Below the pieces are notes generated by a model. It searched no databases. It saw only the letters and a list, made by a program, of their open reading frames with translations, and was not told the DNA's origin. Of a stretch of DNA of 64,000 bases, positions 27,001-37,414 are shown piece by piece. A program made the position numbers and the translations under genes. Every line of letters begins with the position of its first letter. The stretch's first letter is position 1. This stretch comes from Amoebophrya sp. A120 (taxonomy: Eukaryota; Protista; Dinoflagellata), in contig CAJINV010000007.1 in assembly GCA_905178155.1 (NCBI GenBank), positions 3,738,265 through 3,802,264 on the forward strand, in the 5' to 3' direction.

Positions 27001-28584
27001 GTGGTACCACCCAACGCCTACAAGGAAAACTTGATGCGCATGGTGCCCCCGGCGCACATGCTCATTGCCATTTACGAGCTGTTCGGGCAAACCCGGGGCG
27101 GGTACAACTGGCAGCGGTGTAACCTGGGCGGCCCGCCGCAGCTGCTGGAGCAGCTGGCCATGGCAAACCGCCGCAAGTTCATGGGCTGCAAATTCCCCGA
27201 GAAAATCAAGAAACTGCTCATGTTGGGGCCCAAATTCTCCCTGACGAACGTGCGCACCGTCGGGAGACTGGTGGAGAAATTGCCGAAGTTGTTCCTGGAC
27301 GGTGGGAGTGACAGCACAGCTTCTTCGTCCACCTTGTCGGGTGGCGGAACAGGATCGGCGGCAGGACCATCGTCCATCTCTGGCGGCGCAGGAGGCAATG
27401 CTTCCTCGAATAATTGTAGTACGGCAACCGACGAGATGCGGGACTTTTACCGGGCCACGTACGCGAACTACCTTTGTGCGCAGGAGCTTTTCCAATTCGA
27501 CAAGCCGTCCAGGATTTTTGAGGAGGACCGGGAGCGGAACCGGCGGAGAAACGATCCGGAGCACACGAAGATGCAGAAGGGGGCAGCGTGCCGGGAGCTG
27601 GTAAGACTAGTCGGTGGAAGCGCGGGCAAAGAAGCCGAGCTCCTCACAAAGCAGGAGGAGATGAACAAAATGAATGCGGATATTATGGACAGCGGCAGCA
27701 GAAACTCGCCTTCCCCGAAGCGGGCGTCTTCTCCCTCTGGTGCACTCGGAAAGAAGATGAAAACCGCATCACAGTTGTCCCAGGAAGGAACAAACAATAA
27801 AGGGACACCAGCAGCAGCTACTAGCAGTAGTACAACTGCAACTTCGGGTATTAATCTTAAAAAGTTAGACGGCCCAGAGACCGCCAAAGCCATCAGGAAT
27901 TTGGTCATTTTCGGAAAGAAGCCAGCCGATTTTGCGAATGAGGAGAGGAAGAAGGGGAATAAAGCCAAAACGAAACAGCCGAACAAGGAGAGTGCAGCGT
28001 TGTTGACTATACCGAGCGAGGCGCCTACTGTGAGTCATCAGCTCCAGCCCGCGTTGATCGAGTTTATCCCCCTACCGGAATCCCTCTCCGGCCTCCTCGC
28101 GTACACGTGGGAGCACTACTGTTTTTTTGGCAACAAGAAGCCTTCCGAACCCGCGGTGTGTCTTCTGACCGGCCGCGTCATCGGCATGGCGCAGGACTGC
28201 AAGGGCTTTCCCCGCAACTACTTTGGCATGTCGGTGGCGCACCGGCGGAGCATGCAAAACAGCAAAATCGGCGAGGCCACCGCCTACTCCGGGCCGGTCG
28301 GTGCCGGGCACGGGATCTACCTGCTCCCCTACACGGCGAGCGTGTTGGTTACGTGCGAGAACGGGCTGTGCTACCTGTGGGACTACGCGTTTCCCTACAG
28401 CGACATGTTCGGGGAGAACACCCAGCTACGCGGCGCGGGCCACCACTTGAAGCGGATCCTGGAGATGCGGCTGGACCGGCGGAAGTTGGACGCGCTGCGC
28501 CAGATCTACACGTTCGGAGGGTGTCACCAGGAAATCATACGAGTGCAGAACCGGACCATGAAATACTTCCCGAACGCGCTCTGA
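1..28584 (+). CDS. Giant UBR1/UBR2-like N-end-rule E3 ubiquitin ligase, 5' end outside window. Inferred exons: <1-222, 375-2144, 3106-3134, 3419-4429, 4679-5649, 6065-8016, 8321-8738, 8885-9007, 9650-~10410, ~10683-11070, 11339-11382, 11626-13770, 14039-14806, 14921-19194, 19351-22660, 22820-22879, 23147-25049, 25209-28584
   Basis: UBR box (CPAHWGKRSIAFRCLECEYDNNCIICPDCF..HVGH..GGACDCGDAGSWDPKGFCSKH, ~4884-5087). UBR1-type motifs follow in order: HLSVQLLT, SFHILLQR, WIRNG..Q, D..TLQ; RING split by an intron (CCICR..SCNHVAHLECL / EFACPLCRSVCNGLLP); C-terminal PAVCLLTG..GAGHGIYLL..YSDMFGE. Exon joins checked for frame by hand. Confidence 0.9.
223..374 (+). other. Canonical GT-AG intron (UBR gene)
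   Basis: GTAATA...CACCAG; phase 0 join gives ESG|VSGD. Confidence 0.75.
2145..3097. mobile_element. TTA...TAA inverted-repeat insertion, inferred non-canonical intron (~950 bp)
   Basis: Imperfect subterminal IR (cgttagc..ggtgaatttgcagtgaattt..gcatgac vs gtcatgcaaaattcact..attcacc..gctaacg). CGATGGC direct repeat at 2138-2144 and 3099-3105. Removal keeps frame. Confidence 0.65.
3135..3413. mobile_element. IR introner (279 bp), TSD GACAG
   Basis: TATC...GATA ends; IR taaaaacgtcccca..cagagt / actctg..tggggacgttttta; GACAG at 3130-3134 and 3414-3418; excision gives DDDS|DSDGSK. Confidence 0.9.
4430..4678 (+). other. Canonical GT-AG intron (UBR gene)
   Basis: GTATAA...CCCAG; phase 2 join gives LNW|YIYVGPE. 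Confidence 0.8.
5650..6059. mobile_element. Degenerate, enlarged introner with family-A-like ends (410 bp)
   Basis: TATCCGGTGCAAAAGT...ACTTTTGCACAGGATG. TSD decayed (CCAAG/ACGGG), but element + 5 nt removal gives DPQA|QNMVS in frame. A GT(5649)-AG(6069) register is also in frame. Confidence 0.7.
8017..8320 (+). other. Canonical GT-AG intron (alternative GC donor at 8014)
   Basis: GTACAG...TCCCAG; phase 0 join gives IQA|ICQGSL. Confidence 0.75.
8739..8879. mobile_element. Degenerate family-D introner (~141 bp)
   Basis: IR cacccatcttccccaacatccatttt / aaaatggaggatgttggggacgggtg resembles 14807-14915. TSD CAACA/CGATG differs only by transitions. Element + 5 nt removal is in frame. Confidence 0.7.
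9157..9530. mobile_element. 374-bp secondary insertion with (TAC)7 tail, possibly retroposed
   Basis: Interrupts the family-B sequence gccctctcc|gcgta that is intact in the 13771 copy; 637-374 = 263 bp, the family length. Confidence 0.7.
9421..9490. repeat. Tandem repeat, 2 x 35 bp
   Basis: ggtat(c/t)ggcagaggctaaatctgttctaacgccca twice, 1 mismatch. Confidence 0.95.
10409..10682 (+). other. Intron with uncertain, probably non-canonical boundaries
   Basis: AT-rich, stop-containing, CATG-motif-rich gap between two UBR1-like exons in different frames. No AG after the in-frame stop at 10649 and before ~10683 matches the phase of the GT at 10409. Confidence 0.55.
11071..11333. mobile_element. Family-B introner (263 bp), reverse orientation, TSD ATGGT
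   Basis: TATCAACCGCAAAAGTGTCTGGGTCTG...CAGACCCAGACATTTTTGCATTTGATA; excision gives WIRNGMV|MQEQ. Confidence 0.95.
11383..11620. mobile_element. Family-C introner (238 bp), TSD GAAGC
   Basis: TATGGCGTTCTC..GTTACATTCTCAACTGTT / AACAGTTGAGAATGTAAC..GAGAACGCCATA; excision gives DGRK|QEDVLTLQ. Confidence 0.95.
13771..14033. mobile_element. Family-B introner (263 bp), TSD GAGTG
   Basis: TATCAAATGCAAAA...TTTTGCATTTGATA; excision gives EYASG|FGN in frame. Confidence 0.95.
14807..14915. mobile_element. Family-D introner (109 bp), TSD CGCCG, in frame and stop-free
   Basis: TATCCACAGAAA..ACCCATCCACATCCA / TGGATGTGGATGGGT..TTTCTGTGGATA; CGCCG at 14802-14806 and 14916-14920. Confidence 0.92.
19195..19345. 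mobile_element. Family-A introner (151 bp) inside the RING domain, TSD ACTAC/AATAC
   Basis: TATGCAATGCAAAAG...CTTTTGCACAGGATA; excision rebuilds HLECLKNY|LRE..EFACPLCR. Confidence 0.92.
22661..22814. mobile_element. Family-A introner (154 bp), TSD CCACC
   Basis: TATGCATTGCAAAAGTATCGT...ACGATACTTTTGCACAGGATA; frame restored. Confidence 0.95.
22880..23141. mobile_element. Family-B introner (262 bp), TSD CCACC
   Basis: TATGGATTGCAAAAATGTCTGGGTCTGGA...TCCAGACCCAGACA..ACATTTGATA; frame restored. Confidence 0.95.
25050..25203. mobile_element. Family-A introner (154 bp), TSD TACAA
   Basis: TATGCAATGCAAAAGT...ACTTTTGCAATGCATA; excision gives EEYK|TDKQ. Confidence 0.95.
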
Positions 28585-29659
28585 AGAAGGAGACCTACAG
28601 TTGTACCTACTTGTTGCGTTTTTTTACTTACGGCCTCCCGTGTTGGTTCATCTGGGTCTGACCGTGTGGGGCGTGGTTCCAGCAATATCAAGTGCAACAA
28701 ACAAGAAGGATACAACTACGCGTGCAGTGCAGTGTCGTTTGTCTCGGAAGAGCGAAAAAGCTGCAAAGCTGCAAATCTGAATTGTACGAAGACGCTCCAG
28801 GGAATACAGGTACTTATGAGCGGTTTTAGTCGACAAGCCTTTGACTGTTGTTTGAAGTTCTTGTACACCTATGAAGAGAGCAATTCAAATTTGTTGTGTC
28901 TTTGAATTATCCCCAACATTCCCATTGAAACTCACACAGATGATCAAGGGCAAGGGGATGTGGACAGGACTCAAGCTACAGCGAGTTTGTTGGGCTGAAG
29001 ATTACTTCCTACTTCGAAGGCTGTCGGGATAAGCACGAGGCTCCGAGGAGATTATTTTCACGTCCGTCGCTTGATGTTGATCTTATTTCAGCTTTGCAAC
29101 ATAAGCCCTTGTTGGCCAGTTTTTCGACAGACACAATGAAAACGCCACTGACCGACCGTGAGAATGCGTAACATAGTACAATGAGCATTCACTCATCAGG
29201 CGACTTTTCCCAAAGAAACGTAAAATGGCATATGTACCCGCATCACACATAGCCTGCCATACAACAGGAACTCGCATTTTATCCTTGCTTTAGTTATGAG
29301 TGGTCTGAGTTTTGCTGATTTTGCTACGTCCTCAGAAATTATGAGCCGAACATTAAAAAACGCACGAAGAAATACGCGAGGAAGACTCATCAACATAAAC
29401 GACTTTCAGTAAAGAAAACTGTCTACTACTCCTGTTTGACTTTGACACCAACCCTCTTTGCAGTGCTGGAAGGCGTTTTCTTGAGAATTTAGGTTGCTTG
29501 ACGTTCACTTTCAGCATTCTCTTTTGCCGGCACGGTGTCGCGATGTGTTCTGGTGCGTACTGTCAAACAAGTGATGCGTGTGAGCTTAGTGTCAACATGA
29601 TGCCGGGTTAGGTGTGTACTGCTTTATCAAAACCAAAAACGAAAGCCCAAAACGTACAG

Positions 29660-30930
29660 AGAGAGCGGGAAGAGTGAGGGAGCGCAAGCCACTGGGGTGG
29701 CTCGCCACGCGCGTGGGGCTGGCGCGGCGATTTGGCAGGCGGCCGCTTTGCCGGGGGACGGCGCGGGCGGCCCCGCTTCGTTGGGCCGTTGAGGTCGCGC
29801 CGCCCCTGTCTTCACGGACCCGCCAGGAGTCCGGGCGGGGCCGGCGCAGCAGGCGGATGGATTGCCTGGGGCCTGGTCTTACAGCGCCGGCCCTTGCCAA
29901 GGCCCCGGGGGTCAGCAAGTTCAAGCCGCCAGCCTTGCAAGAATAAAAAAAAAGGAAAAAGCATGGCGCGGCCCCTTGCCCGGTTCTTGGTCCGGAACCA
30001 TCTCCCGGCGGTCGGGACATTGGTGGGCCGCCCCAGGCGGCATGGATCGATCGATGGCGAGTGGTTCAAGCGGAAGAAGGGCGGGACTAGCGGGGGCGAC
30101 GCGGAGAAGGTGGCGAAGAAAGGCGCCCCATTGTTGGCCCGCCCCGAGAGAAGTCGGCCCGCAGGGGAGGCAAGCAAACAGAGGGCCGGGCATTTGATCG
30201 GCGTCCTCGAGCGCGCACCTTGCCCGACTCTTTTGGCTGGCCTTGCCTGTGAGCGTGTGCCAGTCGGGCCTTGTGCGCACAATCAAAGGGCGGCCCTTTC
30301 TTTGGGCCGCTTTGGCGGGCGTCGGGACCCTCTTGGCCGAGTTGAAGCATGAGGCGGGGGGCCTGCAGGCTTTCAAGTTTGTCGGCCTGCCATTGCTCCA
30401 AAACCGCCCGCCAAGCAACGCCCGTGCCCCCTACCAACCCGCCGGGCCGCGGCGGAATATATAAACACAGCGGCGCCCCCCCGCTGTTTTCGCCGGTTGG
30501 GCGCCAGTTCCTTCCCTGCTGCGCGGGCCCGTCCCCCCCAATGTCGGCCCGCGCGGAGTTTTACCCAGGATACTCCGCAGGGCGGCCGCGCCCGGTTTTG
30601 GGGCGGGGGGGCGGGCGGGGGCTTCTTCCAGCTCCGGCGCGCGCGCGCCGCTTCTGATAATTGGATGGAAGGAAGGGCGGTTAGCTCTGGATTGGCGCAA
30701 GGAAGCTAGCCGCGCCAAAGGAGCACGGGCACGCCCGGCCGCGCCGACACTCGTTCCGATTGTTTGATCGTTGGGTGGCGCCATGCTGCTGGGTAGGGCG
30801 GCCACCACCATCCAGCATGCCATGTGTGGACCCGTCTGCGCATGGTGTCGTAGCCCCGCCCTGTAGGCTCGCCTTCATAGTGGAGCACAGCCTATGCGGG
30901 CCGGCCGTGCAGTGGCGCCGGCTGGGTGCT
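29660..30930. repeat. GC-rich intergenic block, probable non-coding repeat
   Basis: Abrupt shift to GGCC/GCGC-rich sequence with A/T runs, compositionally like 60081-61940. ORFs are Arg/Gly/Pro-rich with no recognisable domain. Termini not resolved. Confidence 0.35.
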
Positions 30931-31290
30931 GGCGCGTATGCGTTTATTTTGTTGGATATCCTTCTCGTTGGACAGTATGTAGGAGCAGGTGGGATGTTGC
31001 CGCAATGTTTCGCCGTTGCGATGCAGTACGTGCCTACTCATACAATTAGGGGCCGCCCACTCCCACTGACACTGTTAATAGTGGAAATCAAAAAATGGCT
31101 GCAGTAGACGCGGCCATCGGTGTTCAACATGTTGCTCTTGGTCCATTTCGCGCACGCATTCATTGTCCTTCCTTGCATGATATTGAGCGCTCAATAAATC
31201 CTTAGGGCGCGCGTGGCTAAACGAAGCGACCAAACGCGGGTTGTCCAGATCAACATGATTGGAGATAAAGCTAGAAAGTTGTAATCCAAG

Positions 31291-34200
31291 ATGGGCAACC
31301 AAGCGTTCCGCGACGGTCTTCTCGGGCCCTGCTTTGCAGGAGACTCCCGGAAGGAAGGCTCCCCGTTTGGCGCCACCTGTTGCGGTCCGGAGGCTGAACA
31401 GCTCGAGCGGGAGCGCCGAGAACTAGCAGAAGCCGTCGCAGAAAGCCGGAAGCAAAGCAAGTATGATAGAGCTTTCAGTGCATCTTGTTTCACTCTATGA
31501 TTGTAGCACAGTCACATGACAAGTGATAGTACATTTATTCTCTGGTGCAAAAATTTGCATTCCGATTTCCGTCACTTGATTCATGAAAAGCAAAGTCCCC
31601 GCCTTTATTTCAATTTCAACAACAGGAAAGACGTCGCCACGAAACCCGGTTCTCCAAAAAGCAGCAAGAAGAGGAAGCTCGTTCGACGCCAACGCACGGG
31701 CGCACCGCCCATCCACTCGTCGAAGCGAAAACTTGTCGGTGGTCGCGCATCGGAATCTTCGGACGCCTCTTCTCTCGACGAGGACGGAGAGGATGCTGGA
31801 TACCCAAGCGCGAAACGAGTGAAATCTTCCTCTAAATCGAAGTCCCCGGCACAGCAGCGGAGTCAACGGGATCTGCTTGCCCCTGGGGAGCAAGACGACT
31901 CCGGTGATGACGAGTCTTTTCTTTTCACCCGGTTCGGCGTCCGACTGCACGTCTTCCTCGTGTTCTGTTTGCTGATTTTGTGGAAGTATTTGGACGAGTC
32001 TGCGCTCTTGACGGTCTTTTTCCTTTTCGTCGGTGTGGGCGGGTTCCGGTTCTATGAGCGGCTGCTCGTGGTCCGTGTGAGGGTAGTGAATTATTTCCGG
32101 AGATTCCGATTGAAGAAGCAGTGGACGAAACTGAAAAAGAAAACGAAGAGTTTGCTCTTTCTACGCGGCGGAAAGAAGGGGGATGGCAAGGATAAGAAGG
32201 ATCTGAAGAAGGTGGGAGCCAATAGCGGGTCATTTTTTCGGGTACAGGATTAATTTCCTTTCCACTTCTCATGATGACCTTTGAAGGTCAAGGCCACTGC
32301 TACACTTGTGTTTTTTTTACACCCGTCCTTACAACATCTAAATCCATAAACAACCCCAGTTCTCCACGTCCTCCAGCGGCACCACCCCCCAGCGCCGCCC
32401 AAGTGGGCAATTCCACAATGCCGATTCTCTGTACGTCCGCAAGCGGAGCCTCGGCGAGACGGGCGCTTCTCCCGAGCGCCCCAGCGCGGCAACGTCCTCC
32501 CCGAGTAGCAGCGCGAAGTCGCAAAAGCCGCTGCAGAGCCAGCAGTCGAGTTCTTCAAGCCTTCTATCGACGAAGAGAAGCCTGCTGCCCGCCCTGACCA
32601 TCACGGGCGCGGATGAGGAAGTGGTGCGGTATTCCGGGATGAGCGCAGCAGGGGATGATGTTGAGCAGGTCGAAGACGTCCCGCCATCTCTCAGCCGCGC
32701 GAAAAACTCTTCCATCTCGTCTCTCGGTCACATCTTCAACAACAATATTGGAGGCAGAAGTATTGACACCATCGCAGCTTCTCCTTCCTCCTCCCCTTCC
32801 GCGGCGGCTCTGATAGACCGCCGTGTCAGCCGGATGCCGTATCTGAGGAAAGAGTCGTTCCTGGTTCGGCATGGGCAGAAATCGATCCCGCCGGTCATGA
32901 TGCCACCGAGTTCCCCCTCGAGCTCCCGCATCGGGTCCGTTGTAGTAGAGCGAGAGCAGCGGGCGCCCACGCCGAGCAAAACGAGTGCCAGCGGTGGGGT
33001 GATAAACATGCTGTGGGATTGGGTATTTGACGATACGAAGGGGAGCGGGCCGGGGGCTATAATCCCTTCGACCCCAAGCTCCTCGCGGTCGCGTTTGTCG
33101 AGAACGCCAACTTCTTCGCGGAGGAAGAAGAGAAGTCAGCGCAAAGATTCGTCTGACAGCACGGATAGCGATGAGGACGCGACAAGTTCCTCTGGAGACG
33201 AGTCAGACTTGGAGTTTGATACCACCTACGCTCGGAAGAAGCAGACGAAGAAAGGCGCCACATCCGCACGCCAGCGGCGGCGCAGTTCTGCAGCGAGCAG
33301 CACGACTAAAGATAAAGCTGCAAAAATGAATCCAACCAAAGCTGCGACGTTCCGACAAGAACGGCAACCAGACAATTCCACCAGCAGCGCCACCTCCTCC
33401 TCCTCTTCGGCCGATGATGCGGACGGCGCGGGGGGTTCTCCGGGCATCATTGACAGGGACGACACAGTGTTTGATCCGCTGAAGGCGTCCACGGCGAGGA
33501 GAGGGGTCCTCTTCGTTGATGAGAATGGGAAGGAAGTGGAAAAGAACTCAAGTACGATTATCCCGATGCCCAGCCCGCACCTCCCGATCGACGTGTGCGT
33601 CGTGATGAAGAACTACGACTGGGGGTTGCGGTACATCATGAACTTCGACCCGATTACGAAGTGCCTGGATTTGGACCAGCCCCTGACCTTCCACTGGTTC
33701 GGCATGAAGGAGCGGATATTCCAAAAGTTGCTCGTCACACCGAGGACAAAAGCTGCTGCGGAGGACGAAGATGATGACAATGACGATGAAACCGCAACGG
33801 CTGATGTGGATCAGCAAATGGATCAGCAGTCCTCCAGTTCTTCGAGTTCACAGTCCACACCGGCCTTGAAGAAAAGAAAAAGACAACTGGATGCAGGTGG
33901 AGCTGCAGTGGCCACTGCGCGTCTCGGAGGAGTCCAGCCGGTGCAGAAAGAGAACAGCTACGAGGTCCGGGAAGACTGTGTCGTTGCCAGTCACGCAACC
34001 GACGTGCTGAATTTGAACAAACAGGGGGTGCCCACGGACACTTTCAGTTACGACGCGGACCTGTTGGATAACCAGTGCGCGCTGCAAGTAAGGCTAAACG
34101 TGATCAAGGACCAGCAGGTGGTGTTTCTGGTGCCCTTAAGAGCGGGGAGAGATCAGCCACAGTTCACGGAAGCGGATTATTTGTCAGGTATGTTTAGTTG

Positions 34201-34550
34201 TGAAGTTGTTTCATCTAGGGGGAGGTGACTGCTCGGGAGATTCAGAATTGAGCGTGATGTGGGCTCGAGGTTGTAAGTACTTGTAGTACGACGTGCACAT
34301 GGTGCACTCTCGATTTTGGTGCTGACACTGCATGACAAACCTCACACTCACAATTCCAAACCACTAAGGTCGCGTAAACCCACGGGTTTTGTACCTGGAA
34401 AAGGAGAAAGTTGGTTTTCCCTCAGAGTCGATCTCGCACGTTTGGGTGGACTTGGATTGGTACTTCGGGTTGCCCAATATTCTTTCGATCAAGATCAACA
34501 TGTACGCCAATGCGCACCGCGTTTGGAGTAGTGAGGAAAGAAAGCGGTGA
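31291..34550 (+). CDS. Hypothetical membrane-anchored protein; exons 31291-31460, 31626-32241, 32360-34187, 34426-34550
   Basis: Three phase-compatible GT-AG introns (31461-31625, 32242-32359, 34188-34425). Starts MGNQ with nearby cysteines; hydrophobic pair LHVFLVFCLLILW / ALLTVFFLFVGVGGF. No domain recognised. Confidence 0.75.
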
Positions 34551-35009
34551 TGGAAAATCAAAATGGAAAGTGCCGCCGCGTCGCATCGTGGCATGGAGGA
34601 GATGAGAAGTCGTGGATCAGGTGGGGTAATGAGTATTGGCGTGGCTGTGCAAGAAACTACGCGACTCCGTCCAAAGTCATCGTGAAAGCATTTCACCTGA
34701 ACGAACCTCGATCCGGTTTCTAGAGGCAGGGGCAGTAATATGTAGGATAATTTTACGAGATCGAGGCGGAGATTGCTCTTTGTGAGGTCTGACGTCCTCG
34801 AATGTCATGGCTACTTGGCTTTCTGTAAGATTTGAAAACGGACAAACGCTAGAAAAGAGAAATGTACGCCATCAATTGTGAAAAATTTCATCACTCCTGT
34901 AGTGCCAGCTTAGGCATTGAAAGTCAAGTGCTGTGAGGATGTTGAAGATAAGTTGTTCGCTCTTTTCGTTGAAGTTGGTGTCGCGCAGGCTTTGTTCGTT
35001 TAACTTCAA

Positions 35010-37035
35010 GACAGCGCGCCAAGAAGGGCGCCCCAGCATAGGGGCGCGCTGTCGGAACGACGCGGAGGACTTGCGCGCGGCTTCCGGGGCTTCGTAGCGT
35101 GCGAACGCCCCCGGAGTTGCGCAGCCGGGGGGTTACGGCGATCCACTATGATGAAGGAGCTCCCGCGGCAGATTTTGGATCGCTGAAAAGGCTTGCCCCA
35201 AGAAAGAAATGCCAGGGCGGGGCTGACGTAGTTCCGGCTTGTTTTTTGTTTCCGAGCTTGCCGAGGGTGGGGAGAGGCCGCCGGGGGCGGGCGTCGCTCG
35301 GGCAGAGAGGTAGCGCGATGCTGCGACGACGTGAATCGGAGGCGTGGGCGCCGATGTGTTGTCTAAGCTTGCTAGCGCCGGCGCCTCGTCGATGCTCAGT
35401 TGGCCGGGCGTATTGCGCCGGGCACTCGTTTCGCACGTTGGCCCCCGACCACGCCGCGCGGAGACAGAAGCCCAGGCGGGCTGCCCAGGGCAATTGGCGC
35501 GCTATCTTGAAGCACTTCCGGGGCACGCCTTGCGTTGCGTTCGGCGACACTCTCCCAGTCGTTCAAACGTGGTGGCTCTCCAGTTGGTAGCCCACTTTAG
35601 TGCTTTCCTCGTGTATGTGCTCCGCGGCGACTTGATTGCGGAGACCCAGGGAGGCCGAGGCGGGTCGCGGAGACTTGCAGCCCAAAGACTCTGGCCGCGT
35701 GGCGGATCGCTCGGCAAGGGGGCGAGCGCGTTGCCGGCGCGCCCTTGTCCGGTTGGGGCTGCCGCATTCGGTTCGGGAGGTGAAGCGGCGACGCCATTTG
35801 CGGCGAGCCTATGGCAAGTGGGCGGGCGGGGGGCCTACTGCCTACGGGGGCCGGAGTGTGTGTCCTCGGCGCGGTCACGCACCCGCGCCCCGCCGGCCTA
35901 GTCCGTGTTGCGCCGGTTGGCCGCCCCTGCTCCGCTGTTGGCCTGCTTCCCTTCAAGCATGCAGGCAGGCGACCCACATCGGGGCGGGCCGCGCCAGCCC
36001 CCGGAAGTGGCCCCCACCCATTGCAGCTGAGACGCTGGCGGCGCCGCTTGTGGTGGAGGCGGCGCGGCTCGCCTTCTGTCCTTCGGCGCGTGGGAGGGCC
36101 TTTGCCCCAGAACGTGCTTGCTTTCGTTGCCGACACAGGGGCGGCGCACTTACGTAGGGCCGGCTCCCGCGCTGATCTGTCTTGCGCAGTTTCTTCCCGC
36201 TGGCGTGCCTTGCTTGGTCGATAAAGGCTGCAGCGCTTGCATTTCAAAAAAAGCTAGTGCGTCGCACCAGCTTAACTTGGTTGCCATTGCGTGCCACTCT
36301 GCTCCTGTTCGGTTTGTGCGTCGGCCCTTCGTCCTGTAGTATGTAGTGAGGTCACCGAACGGTTCTAGCCGGGGAGTTTTTTTGCCACCGACCCAGACAG
36401 CAAAACCGACGACAGTTTTCAAGCGGGCGGAAGTGTTTTTACACAAAAAAAATCTCCACTTATCAAGCGGCCCTGGCTGACCTGGCACCGAATCGCCAGC
36501 GGATTCTATCGGTCGCCGCTTGAAAAACGACGCAGAGGAGCGCCCAAAGGCGGCGCCCTTCTGAGGCGCCCACCGCCTTAGTTTCTGGCGGTTTGGGGCG
36601 CCCAAAAAGCAGCGCGAAAAAAACGCGCCCAAAATCAGAACAGCGAAACAGCATGGCACGGCCGCGATTTCGGAGCATTTTGGGCGGCCGCGAAAGCGGC
36701 CGCATTTTCGCCGGTTTCAGAGCCTGGGAAGCTTTGCAAAAAGCGCCGGCTAGAAAAATAAAAACGCAAAAGAGCAAAAGCGCGCCAGACGCGCAAAGCC
36801 AATCCGCATGCTATGGGCCCGATTTGTTTTCGCTTTTTGGGCGCCCCCCGTGGCACCCAGATCGGCCCCATAGCATGGGCGTTGGCTTTCGGAAAGGAAT
36901 ATCGGAAATTTGCTAAAATTTGTGACGTTTATCAAGTGGCCGCCATACCGTGCGGCCTAACGTTACTCACGGCGGTATGGCGAGCCCAGAAAAAGCAAAG
37001 CGACGGCCAAAACGCCCGCGACGTCACTACTTCCG
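35010..37035. repeat. GC-rich intergenic block, probable non-coding repeat
   Basis: Begins with hairpin gacagcgcgcc...ggcgcgctgtc (35010-35053); many GC palindromes; no credible ORF. Confidence 0.35.
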
Positions 37036-37414
37036 CCCCGGCGGCTATACTTGGTACTAGATGAACTGCAGGCATCGATGAGCATCACACGCCCGATTAG
37101 TGCGAGCTTGTTGCTCCTGTGGCCGTGTATGGATTGCCCGGTAGCTTCCGCGTGCGCAAGTGCTCTGTGTCTGTACCTATCCACAGAGAGATTGCTCGCC
37201 TACTCTCCGACGATTTCTTTTCCTTCTGCAGTTCTGCATGGTGCATGATTCATTTTTGGTGACGATTGTCCGCATGCCATACTAACTTCAAGGGAAGCGT
37301 GCTCGTCTTTTCTTGCTGTTGCGCGATAAGTCATCAGCATCCCCACGTCCGTGTGAAGAACACGACCAAAGATGCACCGAGCACCAATAGCAATATAATT
37401 AAAGCCCTACAGCC

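Noticed and set aside
270-28584. Treating the ORF fragments as separate genes, stop-codon readthrough or a pseudogene
   Set aside because: Breaks coincide with bounded insertions or GT-AG introns, and domains follow UBR1 order under the standard code.
29609-31036. Possible TIR taggtgtgtactgc / gcagtacgtgccta
   Set aside because: Only 11/14 matching and no TSD.
31088-31104. Minus-strand similarity to the dinoflagellate spliced leader (AGCCATTTT)
   Set aside because: About 9 nt and on the wrong strand for the adjacent gene.
37032-37060. Helitron-like end (ccgcc-cc-ggcgg hairpin then CTAG)
   Set aside because: Stem is only 5 bp, CTAG is followed by A rather than T, and no 5' end or Rep/helicase was found.
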